Virus record (IMG/VR): IMGVR_UViG_3300020685_000002
DNA length: 54,828 nt
Reading direction: 5' to 3' (one strand)
Origin: a virus
Taxonomy: Duplodnaviria; Heunggongvirae; Uroviricota; Caudoviricetes
The notes beneath the pieces are model-generated. The model had not been told where the DNA came from, did no database searches, and was given only the letters and a program-made list of their open reading frames with translations. Every line of letters starts with the position of its first letter. Position 1 is the stretch's first letter. Below, piece by piece: positions 18,144-29,600 of the stretch. A program made the translations under genes and the position numbers.

Positions 18144-18905
18144 TTATCCTTGGTTCAATGATTTAAAGTTTGGGTTTAAAATATTTGATTGTTGTGTTGG
18201 TGTTCCGAAATTTGGTGTTAAGTATGAATTAAGTGTTGTATTAAACGAATTAATTCCTGTATTAATTACTTGAGTTCCTGATTGTGGAACAATATTAAAA
18301 TTATTAATAGTTTCAGTAAAGTTTTTTGAATTTTCGTAAAAATTATATTGATATTCTGTATATGCAAATGTAACATTAAACGATATTGCTTGATTTTCAG
18401 CAGACCACGCTAATGGAATTTGACTTATTGCTATTGGGAATGCGTCGGTTAGTGTGCACGAAAGAAGTTTTTCTCCAGCAGATGTATAGTGTGTGATTGT
18501 TGGTTGACACACTATCTCATCTTTATATTTCACATTATATGTTGTATCGATACCATTTCCAATAACCTCTCCTCTGCCAGTAAAAAGTGCTATCCATGTA
18601 AGGAATGTTTGCCTTACTTCTTCAATACCAAGACCTGGAGTGTAAAATGATAATGTAATATCGTTATATGCTGACATTATTGGATACTTTTCAACTACTC
18701 CATATATTTTTTGAGAAACTGTTGCAATAGATTCTCCTGGAAGTTCTGCTGAATGACAAAGATATGATAGTGTTTTTGTGTTTACATTTGAAAAGATTTT
18801 TGCTGCAAGACCTGATGGCGCAGGTATAGTAACATCAAAATATGCACTTCTTCCTATATCATATTTTAATAATTGATCTAATGCCCCTAAATAATTAGTA
18901 GCCAT
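18144..18905 (-). CDS. Tail-tube-fold protein (gp54/gp19-like tube initiator)
   Basis: C.SAELPG, Y.DI.LSF, L.DAFP and F.VTFAY motifs. Confidence 0.75.
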   Translation of the reverse strand: MATNYLGALDQLLKYDIGRSAYFDVTIPAPSGLAAKIFSNVNTKTLSYLCHSAELPGESIATVSQKIYGVVEKYPIMSAYNDITLSFYTPGLGIEEVRQTFLTWIALFTGRGEVIGNGIDTTYNVKYKDEIVCQPTITHYTSAGEKLLSCTLTDAFPIAISQIPLAWSAENQAISFNVTFAYTEYQYNFYENSKNFTETINNFNIVPQSGTQVINTGINSFNTTLNSYLTPNFGTPTQQSNILNPNFKSLNQG

Positions 18906-18914
18906 TGTTTATCC

Positions 18915-19508
18915 TCATTGTAATGAATCCATTGATTCTTTCCATACTTGTTGTTTTGATTTTTTCTTAAAATTTTCAAATGGTAATGCAGCTGCATATC
19001 CCCAATCATAAGGAGGTATTAATTTAATTCCACCCCTTATTTGTTTATATAAATATTGTTTAAAGCAAGGTTTAAACATTTGCATTGTTGTTATATTCTT
19101 CAAAATATCATAAGAAATTCTTAGTCTCTCTAATTCGCCATCTTTATATACCGATTTATCCAATAAATTGCTCAATAATATCATCCTAATATTTATTGGT
19201 AAATAATGTAAATTTATCCCTTGAAAACCACCTTTTATAGTTCCCATCATTAATATTAATGGAAAAGTATCATAATATGGCAAAGAAGTTTTTAATTTTG
19301 GATCATAATGAAAAAGATACATTTTACCAACTTCAAATCGTTGAGTATTTTCTTCATTAAGAATTTCTTCTTCTTTTTGTTTTAATTCTTCAATTTCTAC
19401 AGCTTTAGGATTTATTAATGTCTTTATTTTCCCTTTAAACCATTTAATTGATTCAAATGCCGAACTTAATGTTATCTTTATATTAAAATCGTCTTGACTC
19501 TTTAACAT
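18915..19508 (-). CDS. 2: DNA end protector protein gp2
   Basis: GKMY.F.YDPK.K..LPYYD.FPL and G.NLHYLP motifs. Start revised to ATG 19508 (TAATG overlap). Confidence 0.9.
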   Translation of the reverse strand: MLKSQDDFNIKITLSSAFESIKWFKGKIKTLINPKAVEIEELKQKEEEILNEENTQRFEVGKMYLFHYDPKLKTSLPYYDTFPLILMMGTIKGGFQGINLHYLPINIRMILLSNLLDKSVYKDGELERLRISYDILKNITTMQMFKPCFKQYLYKQIRGGIKLIPPYDWGYAAALPFENFKKKSKQQVWKESMDSLQ

Positions 19509-19951
19509 TAGAAATTTACATCCTTTTCTGTTAGTGTCATAAATTGCCAATTTCTATCAAGACAATAAGATTTCGCAGCTTTCCATTTTGCCTGATTTAC
19601 TGCATAAGTACAAACTTCAGTTATATACCGTTTTGTTATTCTCGTTTTTATTTGCGGTTCAATTGTTTGTGCATATGGTTTTATTTCTATTAAATATGCT
19701 TTAATTCTTCCATCAGAACCTTTTATTCTTGCAAATACATCAGGAAAATATCTGTGATACTTATTATCAACAGGAGATTTATATGGAATAACACATTCTT
19801 CTGAATGCCACTCAACAACATTAGGGTTATTATCCATCCAATTAAATATTTTTATTTCCCAACTTGATCTTGCAGTTATATTTTCCCAATCTCCAAGGTA
19901 TTTTTCTTTATTCTTTGGAACCCACTTTTTAGGTTTAGGATATTTGCTCAT
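19508..19951 (-). CDS. 4: Head completion protein gp4 (TnsA-like nuclease fold)
   Basis: PKN.EKY.GD, RSSWE, HRYFPD, IEIKP, NQAKW.AA and TEK motifs. Confidence 0.93.
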   Translation of the reverse strand: MSKYPKPKKWVPKNKEKYLGDWENITARSSWEIKIFNWMDNNPNVVEWHSEECVIPYKSPVDNKYHRYFPDVFARIKGSDGRIKAYLIEIKPYAQTIEPQIKTRITKRYITEVCTYAVNQAKWKAAKSYCLDRNWQFMTLTEKDVNF

Positions 19952-19963
19952 ATTAAAGTTTGA

Positions 19964-19987
19964 TATAAATAGTTTATAATATTTATA
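19964..19987. promoter_or_regulatory. Two opposed late promoters
   Basis: TATAAATA on plus at 19964-19971 and on minus at 19980-19987. Confidence 0.75.
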
Positions 19988-20012
19988 TAAAAATTAATAC
20001 GGGATAAATTTA

Positions 20013-21023
20013 ATGGAAACGCTTCCAACATCGCCATTAGCAAAATTATATACAAATCCAAATATGATGACTACATTGGCATATCCTTCCGATCTTGGTA
20101 CAAGTAGAAAGGGGCATTGGATAAATTTTAATATTTCTGTTCCTACAAAATCAACATATGCAACAACATACACACCTCAAGGATCAGCTGGAATATTAAA
20201 TGCAATATCAGCTTCTTCTATGACAAGTATAGTAAATGCAATTTCGCACCCAATAGATACAATATCTTCATTATTTTCTACATTAGGAGCAACTAATTCT
20301 TCTGGTTCTGCATATAATGCCCCTATTCCCGAATTATGGACATATACAGTTACTCCTGGGTCTACAAAACTTTCAACAGTAATTAGTTTATATGCTCCAG
20401 ACACTCTTTCTACTGTCCAACACTCTCATTATAGTGTAGAAAGTTTAGGAGAAGCTACAGGAGTTGTTGGACAACTTGCAGCAGGAACAATTGGAATTGA
20501 AGAAGCAATAAAATCTGGTGGTGGGGATACTGCAATAAAAAATATGGCGGTTGAGGCTGCTCTTGCTACTGCAACTGGGAGTCAAGTTGTTGTTAATGCT
20601 GGACTTAAAGCTGGAGGTTCTGCCATAAACCCACAAATGGAAGTGTTTTTTAAAGATATCGATTTTAGAACCTTCCAATTTGATTTTTTGTTTACACCTC
20701 GTTCTGCTTCTGAAGCAGAAACAGTAAGGGCTATAATACAAGCATTCAAATTTCATGCTGCTCCTGAATTAGATAAAAATAATAGTGCTGGCGGAAGATA
20801 TTATATTGTTCCGTCTGTTTTTGAAATTCAAATGTATAAAGATGGCCAAAAAAATGAGAATGTCGGAAAATATGGTGTCTGTGCTTGTGAAACAGTAAAT
20901 GTTGATTACGCTCCTCAGGGGTGGGTTACTCATGAAGATGGTATGCCAGTACAAACGCGTCTAACTCTCCAATTCAAAGAGATGGAAATAATGACAAAAG
21001 AACGTATTGCACAAGGATATTAA
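20013..21023 (+). CDS. 48: Baseplate tail tube cap gp48
   Basis: L.YP.DL, NP..E..F....FR.F.F.F.F.PRS..EA and LQFKE.E motifs. Confidence 0.88.
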   Translation: METLPTSPLAKLYTNPNMMTTLAYPSDLGTSRKGHWINFNISVPTKSTYATTYTPQGSAGILNAISASSMTSIVNAISHPIDTISSLFSTLGATNSSGSAYNAPIPELWTYTVTPGSTKLSTVISLYAPDTLSTVQHSHYSVESLGEATGVVGQLAAGTIGIEEAIKSGGGDTAIKNMAVEAALATATGSQVVVNAGLKAGGSAINPQMEVFFKDIDFRTFQFDFLFTPRSASEAETVRAIIQAFKFHAAPELDKNNSAGGRYYIVPSVFEIQMYKDGQKNENVGKYGVCACETVNVDYAPQGWVTHEDGMPVQTRLTLQFKEMEIMTKERIAQGY

Positions 21024-21025
21024 TA

Positions 21026-21664
21026 ATGGCTGATTTCTTTTCAAAATATCCAAAATTAATTTATAATAATAAAATTGCTACAGATCTTATTGCAAGAGTC
21101 GCATTAAGAGAAAAATATTCAAATAAAGTGCAGTTATATTATGAATATGACTTACAAGAAGGAGATACTCCAGAGATTGTAGCATCAAAATATTATGGCG
21201 ATCCAGAAAAAAACTGGATAATATTATTTATGAATGAAATTATAGATCCTGTTTTTGATTTTCCTTTATCACAATCGAATTTTATTGCATATCTTGATAG
21301 CAAATATATGCTCGAAGGTTCTGCAATAAACCGTACTGGTTCTCAATATGCAACATTAACTATAAATCCTGATCCACTAGGGTATGTTGTTGATGTCATA
21401 ACAACAGATCAATCTTCTGGAACAATTTCTACAAATACAATATATATTGATCAAAAAGCATATAATGGACAATATTCGAATCCGACATTTAATTTTACAA
21501 ATAGTCCTTTTTCAAATATTCAATATATTAAACGAACAGTAACAATTTATGATTATGAGAATCAAATAAATGAATCAAAAAGGACAATAAAATTGCTACA
21601 AACACAATATGTCAGCAAATTCGAAGAAGAATTATCTTCTTTAATGAAACTTCAATATGTGTAA
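21026..21664 (+). CDS. 53: Baseplate wedge subunit gp53
   Basis: GDTPEIVA.KYYGD....WIIL..N, YDYE...NE.KR.IKLL motifs. Confidence 0.92.
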   Translation: MADFFSKYPKLIYNNKIATDLIARVALREKYSNKVQLYYEYDLQEGDTPEIVASKYYGDPEKNWIILFMNEIIDPVFDFPLSQSNFIAYLDSKYMLEGSAINRTGSQYATLTINPDPLGYVVDVITTDQSSGTISTNTIYIDQKAYNGQYSNPTFNFTNSPFSNIQYIKRTVTIYDYENQINESKRTIKLLQTQYVSKFEEELSSLMKLQYV

Positions 21665-21670
21665 AATAAT

Positions 21671-23023
21671 ATGAGTGACGGTATATTAACCTCCCAAGAC
21701 ATAGGAATAAAATCTTGTTTGATTTCCGGATCATCAGGACAACAAATTGACTTTAAAAATATAATTATAGAATTTAATTATTATGAAGATATATTTGCTA
21801 ATGGAGTTAGTGGTTCTCTGGTGGTAAATGATTCTATGGGCTACATAAATATTTTACAGTTACAGGGGTCAGAAGTTTTATCTCTTGTTATAGACAAACC
21901 AGGATTAAATCTGCCAATTTCTGGTAATTATAGAATTTATACAATATCAAACAGAAAACAAACAAATTCAACAAATCAAAATTATATAATCAAATTTTGT
22001 TCTGAAGAATTATTTTTAAATGAACAATATAGAATTTCTAAGTCTTACACCAAAGTTAAAGTTTCTGATATTGTTATTGATATTGCATATAACCAATTAA
22101 AAATTCCTGAACCATTATTGATTATTGATGAAACAACTGGATTAAGAGATATTGTAGTTCCCAACTTTAAACCAATTCAAGCAATAAACTGGCTGTCAAC
22201 ATTTGCATTAGCTGGTGGATCAAAAAATATTGGCGCTCCATTTTTCTTTTATGAAGATAGAGATGGTTGGAAATTTAAATCAATTTTAACGTTATTTAAA
22301 CAACCAGTTTATAAAACATATGAATATAGCGTAAAAGGTTTAAAATCTGACAGTAATGATTTGGTAACCGATTTAAATGCTGAAATTGTTAATGTTATAC
22401 AATATGAACATGTCAAAAATTTTGATTCTGTTTCTGCTGCCAGATCAGGTGTTTTTGCAAATAAGTTGCACACTGTTGATCCGTTAAGATTAAAACTTGG
22501 AGAAACAGATTTTAATTATGCTCAATATTTAAGTAATAATCCAGCAACATTAAATCAATACAATATTCCTGATACAGCAAAAAATAGAAAAGGTGATACA
22601 ATGTCTGATGCTTCTGCTGTAGTAAAATATTGTATGACAACATCAGGCCAAAATCAAAATTCTTATATAAAAAGCAAAAATATTACAGTAAATGAAAATT
22701 TAGTTGAACAAACAGTACCATTAAGAACAGCACAAATTGCGTTATTTTGTATTAATAGAATGAAATTATTAATTCCAGGTGATGTGTATATGACAATTGG
22801 AAGAGTTATCGAATTTAATTTACCTCAAGTATCTTATAATAAAGCATCAAGACAAAAAGGAAAGGACGAATTTTATTCTGGAAAATATTTAGTCACAGCA
22901 GTAAGACATTTATTTAATCAAGCAGGAACATATGTTACATGTATTGAAATATGTAAAGATTCTTCCCCAACCCAATATGGTTCTTTTGATAATTCAAATC
23001 CTGAATGGAATTCTTTACGATGA
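21671..23023 (+). CDS. Baseplate hub protein (gp27-like by position)
   Basis: 450 aa between 53 and 5; YEDIF, FFFYE, PGD and SGKYLVTAVRH motifs. Confidence 0.6.
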   Translation: MSDGILTSQDIGIKSCLISGSSGQQIDFKNIIIEFNYYEDIFANGVSGSLVVNDSMGYINILQLQGSEVLSLVIDKPGLNLPISGNYRIYTISNRKQTNSTNQNYIIKFCSEELFLNEQYRISKSYTKVKVSDIVIDIAYNQLKIPEPLLIIDETTGLRDIVVPNFKPIQAINWLSTFALAGGSKNIGAPFFFYEDRDGWKFKSILTLFKQPVYKTYEYSVKGLKSDSNDLVTDLNAEIVNVIQYEHVKNFDSVSAARSGVFANKLHTVDPLRLKLGETDFNYAQYLSNNPATLNQYNIPDTAKNRKGDTMSDASAVVKYCMTTSGQNQNSYIKSKNITVNENLVEQTVPLRTAQIALFCINRMKLLIPGDVYMTIGRVIEFNLPQVSYNKASRQKGKDEFYSGKYLVTAVRHLFNQAGTYVTCIEICKDSSPTQYGSFDNSNPEWNSLR

Positions 23024-24054
23024 ACAATACATTAGATTTTAATAATACAAGAAGAGGAAATTTTCTTGGTCATGATGGGTTTATTTGGTGGATTGGTGTT
23101 GTTGAAAATAGAAATGACCCATTAAACCTTGGGCGATGTCAAGTTAGAATTAAAGGTCTTCATTCTGCAAATTTAACAGAAATAACTACAGAATCATTAC
23201 CTTGGGCACAGCCACTTTTTCCTATTAATCAATCATTTTCTACTCCTGCCACATTAACTGAGGGGGATATGGTTGTCGGGTTTTTCCTTGATGGTGATTC
23301 TGCACAATTTCCAGTAATTTTTGGAATGTTTCATGGAATACCAGAAGATCAAACAAATCTAAATTTAGGATTTAATGATCCAAGAACTGCTGACCAATTA
23401 AAGGCAGCGCCAAGAAAACCAAAATCAATTAATTATAATACTTCTGGTAGTGGTGCATCAATAAATGATAATTCTGCTGGCAACAATTATCCTGATATAC
23501 TGAATGAACCAACTACTGATAGACTAACAAGAAACGAAAGTATAGATTCTACAATCGTAAAATCAAAAAGGGATTCAGTAGTAAATGTTACAGATGCGAA
23601 AGGCGGTTCATGGAAAGAACCTGCTACTCCATATAATGCAACATATCCATATAATCATGTTTTAGCAACTGAGTCCGGTCATTATCTTGAATTTGATGAT
23701 TCCCCTGGAGCCGAACGTGTTCATTTATACCACAGATCAGGAACTTTTTCAGAAATACATCCAGATGGCACAAAAGTTGAAAAAATTACTAAAAATAAAT
23801 ATACGATAGTGATGGGTGACGATGACATCTATGTTATGGGGGATTGTTCTGTTACAGTCCAAGGCAATGCAAAAGTTTATGTTCAAAAAAATTGCGATTT
23901 AAAAGTAGATGGAACTATGAATCAAACTATTGGAAAAGATTTAAACCTTACTGTTGGTGGAAATATTACAACAATTGCGAGTGGAAATATTACTCAAACA
24001 AGTATTGGTGATACACAAATTATTGGTGCTAGTGTTGATATTTTATACATATAA
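23020..24054 (+). CDS. 5: Baseplate central spike gp5 (OB fold plus beta-helix, no lysozyme domain)
   Basis: GVVE.R.DP..LGR..VR, LPWA, GFFLDG, YPYNHV..TESGH..E.DD.PG.ER and VxG repeats. Start ATG 23020 (ATGA overlap). Confidence 0.92.
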   Translation: MNNTLDFNNTRRGNFLGHDGFIWWIGVVENRNDPLNLGRCQVRIKGLHSANLTEITTESLPWAQPLFPINQSFSTPATLTEGDMVVGFFLDGDSAQFPVIFGMFHGIPEDQTNLNLGFNDPRTADQLKAAPRKPKSINYNTSGSGASINDNSAGNNYPDILNEPTTDRLTRNESIDSTIVKSKRDSVVNVTDAKGGSWKEPATPYNATYPYNHVLATESGHYLEFDDSPGAERVHLYHRSGTFSEIHPDGTKVEKITKNKYTIVMGDDDIYVMGDCSVTVQGNAKVYVQKNCDLKVDGTMNQTIGKDLNLTVGGNITTIASGNITQTSIGDTQIIGASVDILYI

Positions 24055-24067
24055 CTCGGGGAAATAA

Positions 24068-24496
24068 ATGTCAATTCTTACAACCACAAATGGCTTAACA
24101 AATGGTGTCGTTGATCAAAGTGGATATTCAGACCTTGATTTATCGTTTAATCCTCATCCAGTAACTGGGGATTTAATGATAACAACAGGAAATATTGCTG
24201 TTTCTAGAGCATTAAAAAATTTAATTTTAACTAATCATTACGAAAAACCATTTAATCCAGATTATGGTTCAAATGTCCTAAAATTATTATTTGAACCAAT
24301 GACACCATTTACTGCTTCAACTTTAGAATCAGAAATAAAATATACTATCAAAAATTTTGAACCTAGAATATCAATAAATTTCGTGAATGTTGTTGCAGAT
24401 TATGAAAATGATGCTTACGCTGTTTCTATATCATATTACATAAATAATTTAGTTCAACCGTTTTCAGCAGATTTTTTACTAGCACGTTTGCGATAA
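24068..24496 (+). CDS. 25: Baseplate wedge subunit gp25
   Basis: YSDLDL.F..HP, EKPF.P.YGS and I.NFEPR motifs. Confidence 0.93.
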   Translation: MSILTTTNGLTNGVVDQSGYSDLDLSFNPHPVTGDLMITTGNIAVSRALKNLILTNHYEKPFNPDYGSNVLKLLFEPMTPFTASTLESEIKYTIKNFEPRISINFVNVVADYENDAYAVSISYYINNLVQPFSADFLLARLR

Positions 24497-24529
24497 TAAA
24501 TACTATAAAAGAATTATAGGGGTAGATAA

Positions 24530-26608
24530 ATGGCAACCGCCAATTCAAACATTAATATTACTAATTTAGATTTTGATTCTATAAAATCAACTCTACAAAC
24601 CTATCTTGGTAATCAATCGCAATTTACAGATTATAATTTTAATGGGTCTGTCATTTCTTCAGTTTTAGATTTATTATCTTATAACACATATTATAATTCG
24701 TTTTATTTAAATATGGTAGCTAATGAGATGTTTCTTGATACTGCGCTAAAACGCAGTTCAGTAATTTCTCATGCAAAATTACTAAATTATACACCAAGAT
24801 CATCTATTTGTCCAAGTGCTATTGTAAATATAACAGTAACTGGTGGGTATAATTCTAATTTTTCTATTCCAAAATATACAGTGTTTCAATCAGAAGCAAT
24901 AAATGGTACAAATTATCAATTTGTCACATTAGATTCTTTTTCTGTACCAGCTGTTTCGAATATTGCAACATTTAATTCGCTTAAATTATATCAAGGCCAA
25001 CCAGTTTCATATACATTTAATGTTGATCCTGTTGGAAATCCTTCTTTTATATTTAAATTGCCGGATGGAACTATAGATTTATCTACACTTAATATTGTAG
25101 TATATCCAAATTCTCAATCCACAGCATTTTCTGTTTACAATCTAGCAACAGATTATATGTCTCTTGATGAAACTTCTAATGTATATTGGGTCCAAGAATC
25201 ATTAGATGGATATTATGAAATTTATTTTGGAGATGGAATTCTTGGAAATAAATTATCAGCTTCAAATATTGTCGTTGTTGAATATTTAACTACAAGCACA
25301 ATAAACGCAAATGGAGCAAAATCGTTTACTTTAATGGATAAACTCCAATATTATTCTTCTTTTTCTATCACAACAATTCAACCAGCTACAGGCGGTCAAG
25401 CAAAAGAATCAATTGATTCAATAAAATTTCAAGCTCCAAAATCCTTTTCTGCACAAAATAGAGCGGTATCAAAAGAAGATTATATTACAGCAATACAACA
25501 AAATAAATTTGGATATTCGTTTGATTCAGTAAATGTTTGGGGTGGAGAAGAAAATGACCCTCCAATTTATGGGCAAATTTTTGTTTGTATAAAACCAACA
25601 GGCGGATATTTATTAACAGATACACAAAAACAAAGACTCATAAGTGATGTTATAACACCTATTTCTGTTATGACAGTAAGACCTATAATAATAGATCCAG
25701 ATTATACTTATGTTAAAATTTCTGTAAATGTTGTTTATGATCAAAAATTAACAGTCTTGACTCCTGCCCAGTTACAGACTGCAATTTCTGGATTAATACA
25801 AAATTTTGGGAATTCCACATTAAATACATTTAATTCTTCATTTTTATCTAGCGAATTAAATTCTATAATTTTAAATGCTGATAGTTCTATTCTTACCAAT
25901 GAGATTAGCATCCAACTCCAAAAGAAATTTTTTCCAAATACTTCAACACCAACAACATATAATTTATATTTTGGGGCTCCTCTATCAAAAGGTATTTTAT
26001 TGACTGGTGTAAATAGTTCACCATCATTTAAAGTTATAGATACATCAAATTTATCAACATCTATTGATGGTGTTTTTATTGAAGAATCTCCTACTCTTAC
26101 TGTTGGTATATCTTCTATCCAAATAGTTAATCCTGGGTTTGGTTATCAACAAACACCAACAATACAAATTTTAGGTGATGGAACAGGCGCAACTGCTGTT
26201 GCTAATATGACAGTAAATGGAGCTATTAAAAATATTGTTGTTACAAATGCAGGTTCTGGTTATACTAGTGCAATAATAAAAATTGTTCCGGCAGCTAATG
26301 ATACAACAGGACAAATGGGCTCTGCAACTGTTGTTTTACAAGGACAATATGGATCTTTGCGAACATCATATTATAATGATAATCAAATAAAAACAATTTT
26401 AAATGATAATGCAGGAACAATAGATTATTTAAATGGTATAATAACATTAAATTCTTTTAATCCAGTTGAAATTGATAATCCTTTAGGACAGTTTACATTA
26501 ACAGCTTCTCCAACATCAACTATATTTTCTTCAACATATAATAGAATTATAACGCTGGATCCATTTGATCCAAATTCCATTACCGTAAATGTAATTGCGA
26601 AATCATAA
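24530..26608 (+). CDS. 6: Baseplate wedge subunit gp6
   Basis: LDFD.IK, F.DYNF.GS, E.FLDTA..RSS, FGDG.LG and QNRAV...DY motifs. Confidence 0.95.
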   Translation: MATANSNINITNLDFDSIKSTLQTYLGNQSQFTDYNFNGSVISSVLDLLSYNTYYNSFYLNMVANEMFLDTALKRSSVISHAKLLNYTPRSSICPSAIVNITVTGGYNSNFSIPKYTVFQSEAINGTNYQFVTLDSFSVPAVSNIATFNSLKLYQGQPVSYTFNVDPVGNPSFIFKLPDGTIDLSTLNIVVYPNSQSTAFSVYNLATDYMSLDETSNVYWVQESLDGYYEIYFGDGILGNKLSASNIVVVEYLTTSTINANGAKSFTLMDKLQYYSSFSITTIQPATGGQAKESIDSIKFQAPKSFSAQNRAVSKEDYITAIQQNKFGYSFDSVNVWGGEENDPPIYGQIFVCIKPTGGYLLTDTQKQRLISDVITPISVMTVRPIIIDPDYTYVKISVNVVYDQKLTVLTPAQLQTAISGLIQNFGNSTLNTFNSSFLSSELNSIILNADSSILTNEISIQLQKKFFPNTSTPTTYNLYFGAPLSKGILLTGVNSSPSFKVIDTSNLSTSIDGVFIEESPTLTVGISSIQIVNPGFGYQQTPTIQILGDGTGATAVANMTVNGAIKNIVVTNAGSGYTSAIIKIVPAANDTTGQMGSATVVLQGQYGSLRTSYYNDNQIKTILNDNAGTIDYLNGIITLNSFNPVEIDNPLGQFTLTASPTSTIFSSTYNRIITLDPFDPNSITVNVIAKS

Positions 26609-29600
26609 TGAATACAAGTCAAAATATATCGACATTATTACAATCTCAATTGCCTGAATATATTAGGGGCGATCCATCATATTCAAATTTTGTTTCTTTT
26701 CTCCAAGCCTACTATGAATGGATGGAACAAGATTCAGATACAAATAACACAAATGTTTTATATAATTCTAAAAATATTTTAAATTATAATGATATTGATA
26801 ATACTACAGAAAAGTTTTTAGAATATTATGTTAATGATTTTTTACAATTTTTCCCAAAAGATTCTCTTGTATCGCCACAATTAGCAATTAAAGCAGCTAA
26901 AGAATTATATAGATCGAAAGGTACTCCAGCGTCTTATAAATTTTTATTTAAAATTTTATATAATTCTGATTTTGATTTATTTTTTACTAAAGATGCAATA
27001 TTAGAAGCTTCTAGTGGGGTTTGGTATATACCTAAAAGTTTAAAATTATATACTACAGATACAGCATATTTAAATATACAAAACACAAGAATATTTGGAG
27101 AAACTTCTAAATCAATTGCAACTGTTGAAAATTCTGTTCTTGCTGGAAATAAAACTGAAGTTTTTATTTCCAATATTGAACGTTTATTTAATTCTGGAGA
27201 AATGGTACGAATCGTTGATTCTAATAATCAAGATATATACTTTTTAAATTCCCAAATAGTCCAAAAAGATCAAAACGGAAATTACCCAGTTGGAGCTTAT
27301 AATCTACGAACAAAACTTGTAGGGCAAGTAAGTCAAATAAATATTGATCCACAAAATAGAGGTTTATATTATAATCCAGGCGATCCAGTTGTGGTATATG
27401 GAGGTTTAAATCAATCTATTTCTAATCCAATTGGAGCAACAGCCCATGTTGGAACAACTACATCTGGTTCTGTAAAACAAATAATTCCCACAACTGGCGG
27501 ATTTGGATACACATCAAACACGTTAATTTCGATCTCTAATGCTCCTGGAGCTATTGCAATAGTTGGATCATTAACTGCTCAACTACCTCCTGTTCCTGTA
27601 ATATCAAATCCTGGAAGTGGGTATAATGTCGGCGATATTGTTATAAAGGGAAATACTCAGTCTCATTTTGCATTTGCTGACGTTTCGCAAGTTGATGAAA
27701 ATGGTTCTGTAACAAGTATTATATACAGAAATGGTTTAAATGCAAATGTTATATTGGGGATAACTGCAAATGTTTTATCTTCGAATATTTTTGCGACAAA
27801 TGCTGCAATCACAATATCTACTGTTCCTGGAAACGGTGCTGCAAATGCAACATATATTGTTGCTGATACTATTGATTTAAAACTTCAAGAACCTCATCTT
27901 GGGCATTCTAGTGGAATTCAACTTGGAAGTAGCGCAAGTCCAATTCCATATTATTTTTCAAAATTGCCTTCTGCTAATATAAATTCTAAATTATCTGACG
28001 CATTTACTTTTGAATCTTTTTCAACATTTGCAATTTCTTCAATTTTTGTTGAAAATGGTGGTGGTGGAATTGCATCATTACCATCAATAGCTGCTGAATC
28101 CATCTATCCAACAGATGTTTATGATCCCTCTGATCCAACAAATGCACTAGGGAATAATATTACTGGGAATCTGGCAAACTTAGGAATATTATCTCCAATC
28201 CAAATTGTTAATCCAGGGACTGGTTATCAAATTAATGATAGAATTATTTTTTCTGGAGGCTCTGGATATGGCGCGAATGCAATAGTATCTCAGGTATCTC
28301 CATCTGGCGGGATTACACAAATAGACTTTAAATATCCAAACGCTGGAAACATAGAATATCCTCTTGGTGGGATGGGATATAAACAATCTTCATTACCTGT
28401 TGTTGTTGTAAATTCCAGCAATGTCTTAGCGAGTAATGCTGCATTATTAGTTCCTGGAATTCTTGGTTCTGGTGCTACATTTTCTGTATCTACAGATAGG
28501 ATTGGTTCTGTTACAACAATAGATTTAGTAACATATGGCGAAGATTATATATCACAACCAAACGTTTCTTTATATATTCAAGATGTTGTTGTATCAAACA
28601 CTTCAACTTCAGATATAATACAATCTGGTGACATTGTCTATCAAGGAATTTCTGCAAATAACCCAAGTTATGTAGCTACTGTTGATTCTGTTTCAGAATT
28701 AACATATAATGCAATACAAGAATCATCCTTATATAATTTAAGAGTATTTAATTATAGTTCTAAAATAAATCCAGCATTACCATTAGTTGTGCAAAATAAA
28801 CCAATAAATTTAAAATTGGCTAATACTGCATTCCCATTAAATACATTTTACCCTGGAAGCCCAGAATATGATGTTAATGGAATAAAGACGTATGGAGATG
28901 GAAATGCAAAAGCTACTTCAAAATTTTTAAATGGGTTGGCGATTGGGGCTGGACAATATTTGACTTCACAAGGTCAATTAAGCAGTTTTAGTGTATTACA
29001 AAACGAAAATTATAATAATTTTACCTATCAAATTACTGTAGAGGCTGAAATATCAAAATATAGGGAAATGTTATTAAAATTGTTGCATCCATCTGGAATG
29101 AAGATTATAGGCAGATATTCAATAAAATCTGATGTAATGAATGAAATAACTGCATCAGACACATTAGTTTTCGGCCACACATTACAATATTATTCAAGTT
29201 CTCTTCTGACAACTGCAACCATGGTTGCAGATTTTATTAATAAGAGTAATAATATTATATCATTTTCAAATTTGTTTGGTTCTGGAATTATTGGAATTTT
29301 CGCAAATTCAATAGTTGAAATTACCTCATCTGCTGGAGATTCAATTAAATCTGATGTTGTGTCTATAGATACAACGAAAAATACAATAACACTAAAAACT
29401 AATACTTGGTTAACATTTTCTAATGTTGCTTATGTTTCAGCAAACGTTGGGAGTAATACTATTTCAGTATTATCATTAACTGGTTCTTATGATATTATAA
29501 ATAGTGGGAACTATACTAACTCATCATACCCATTAATGGATATTGTTAGAGCTGGTGATAAAATTTTAATTCCAAATAATACGGTAAAAATTGTTTCTGG

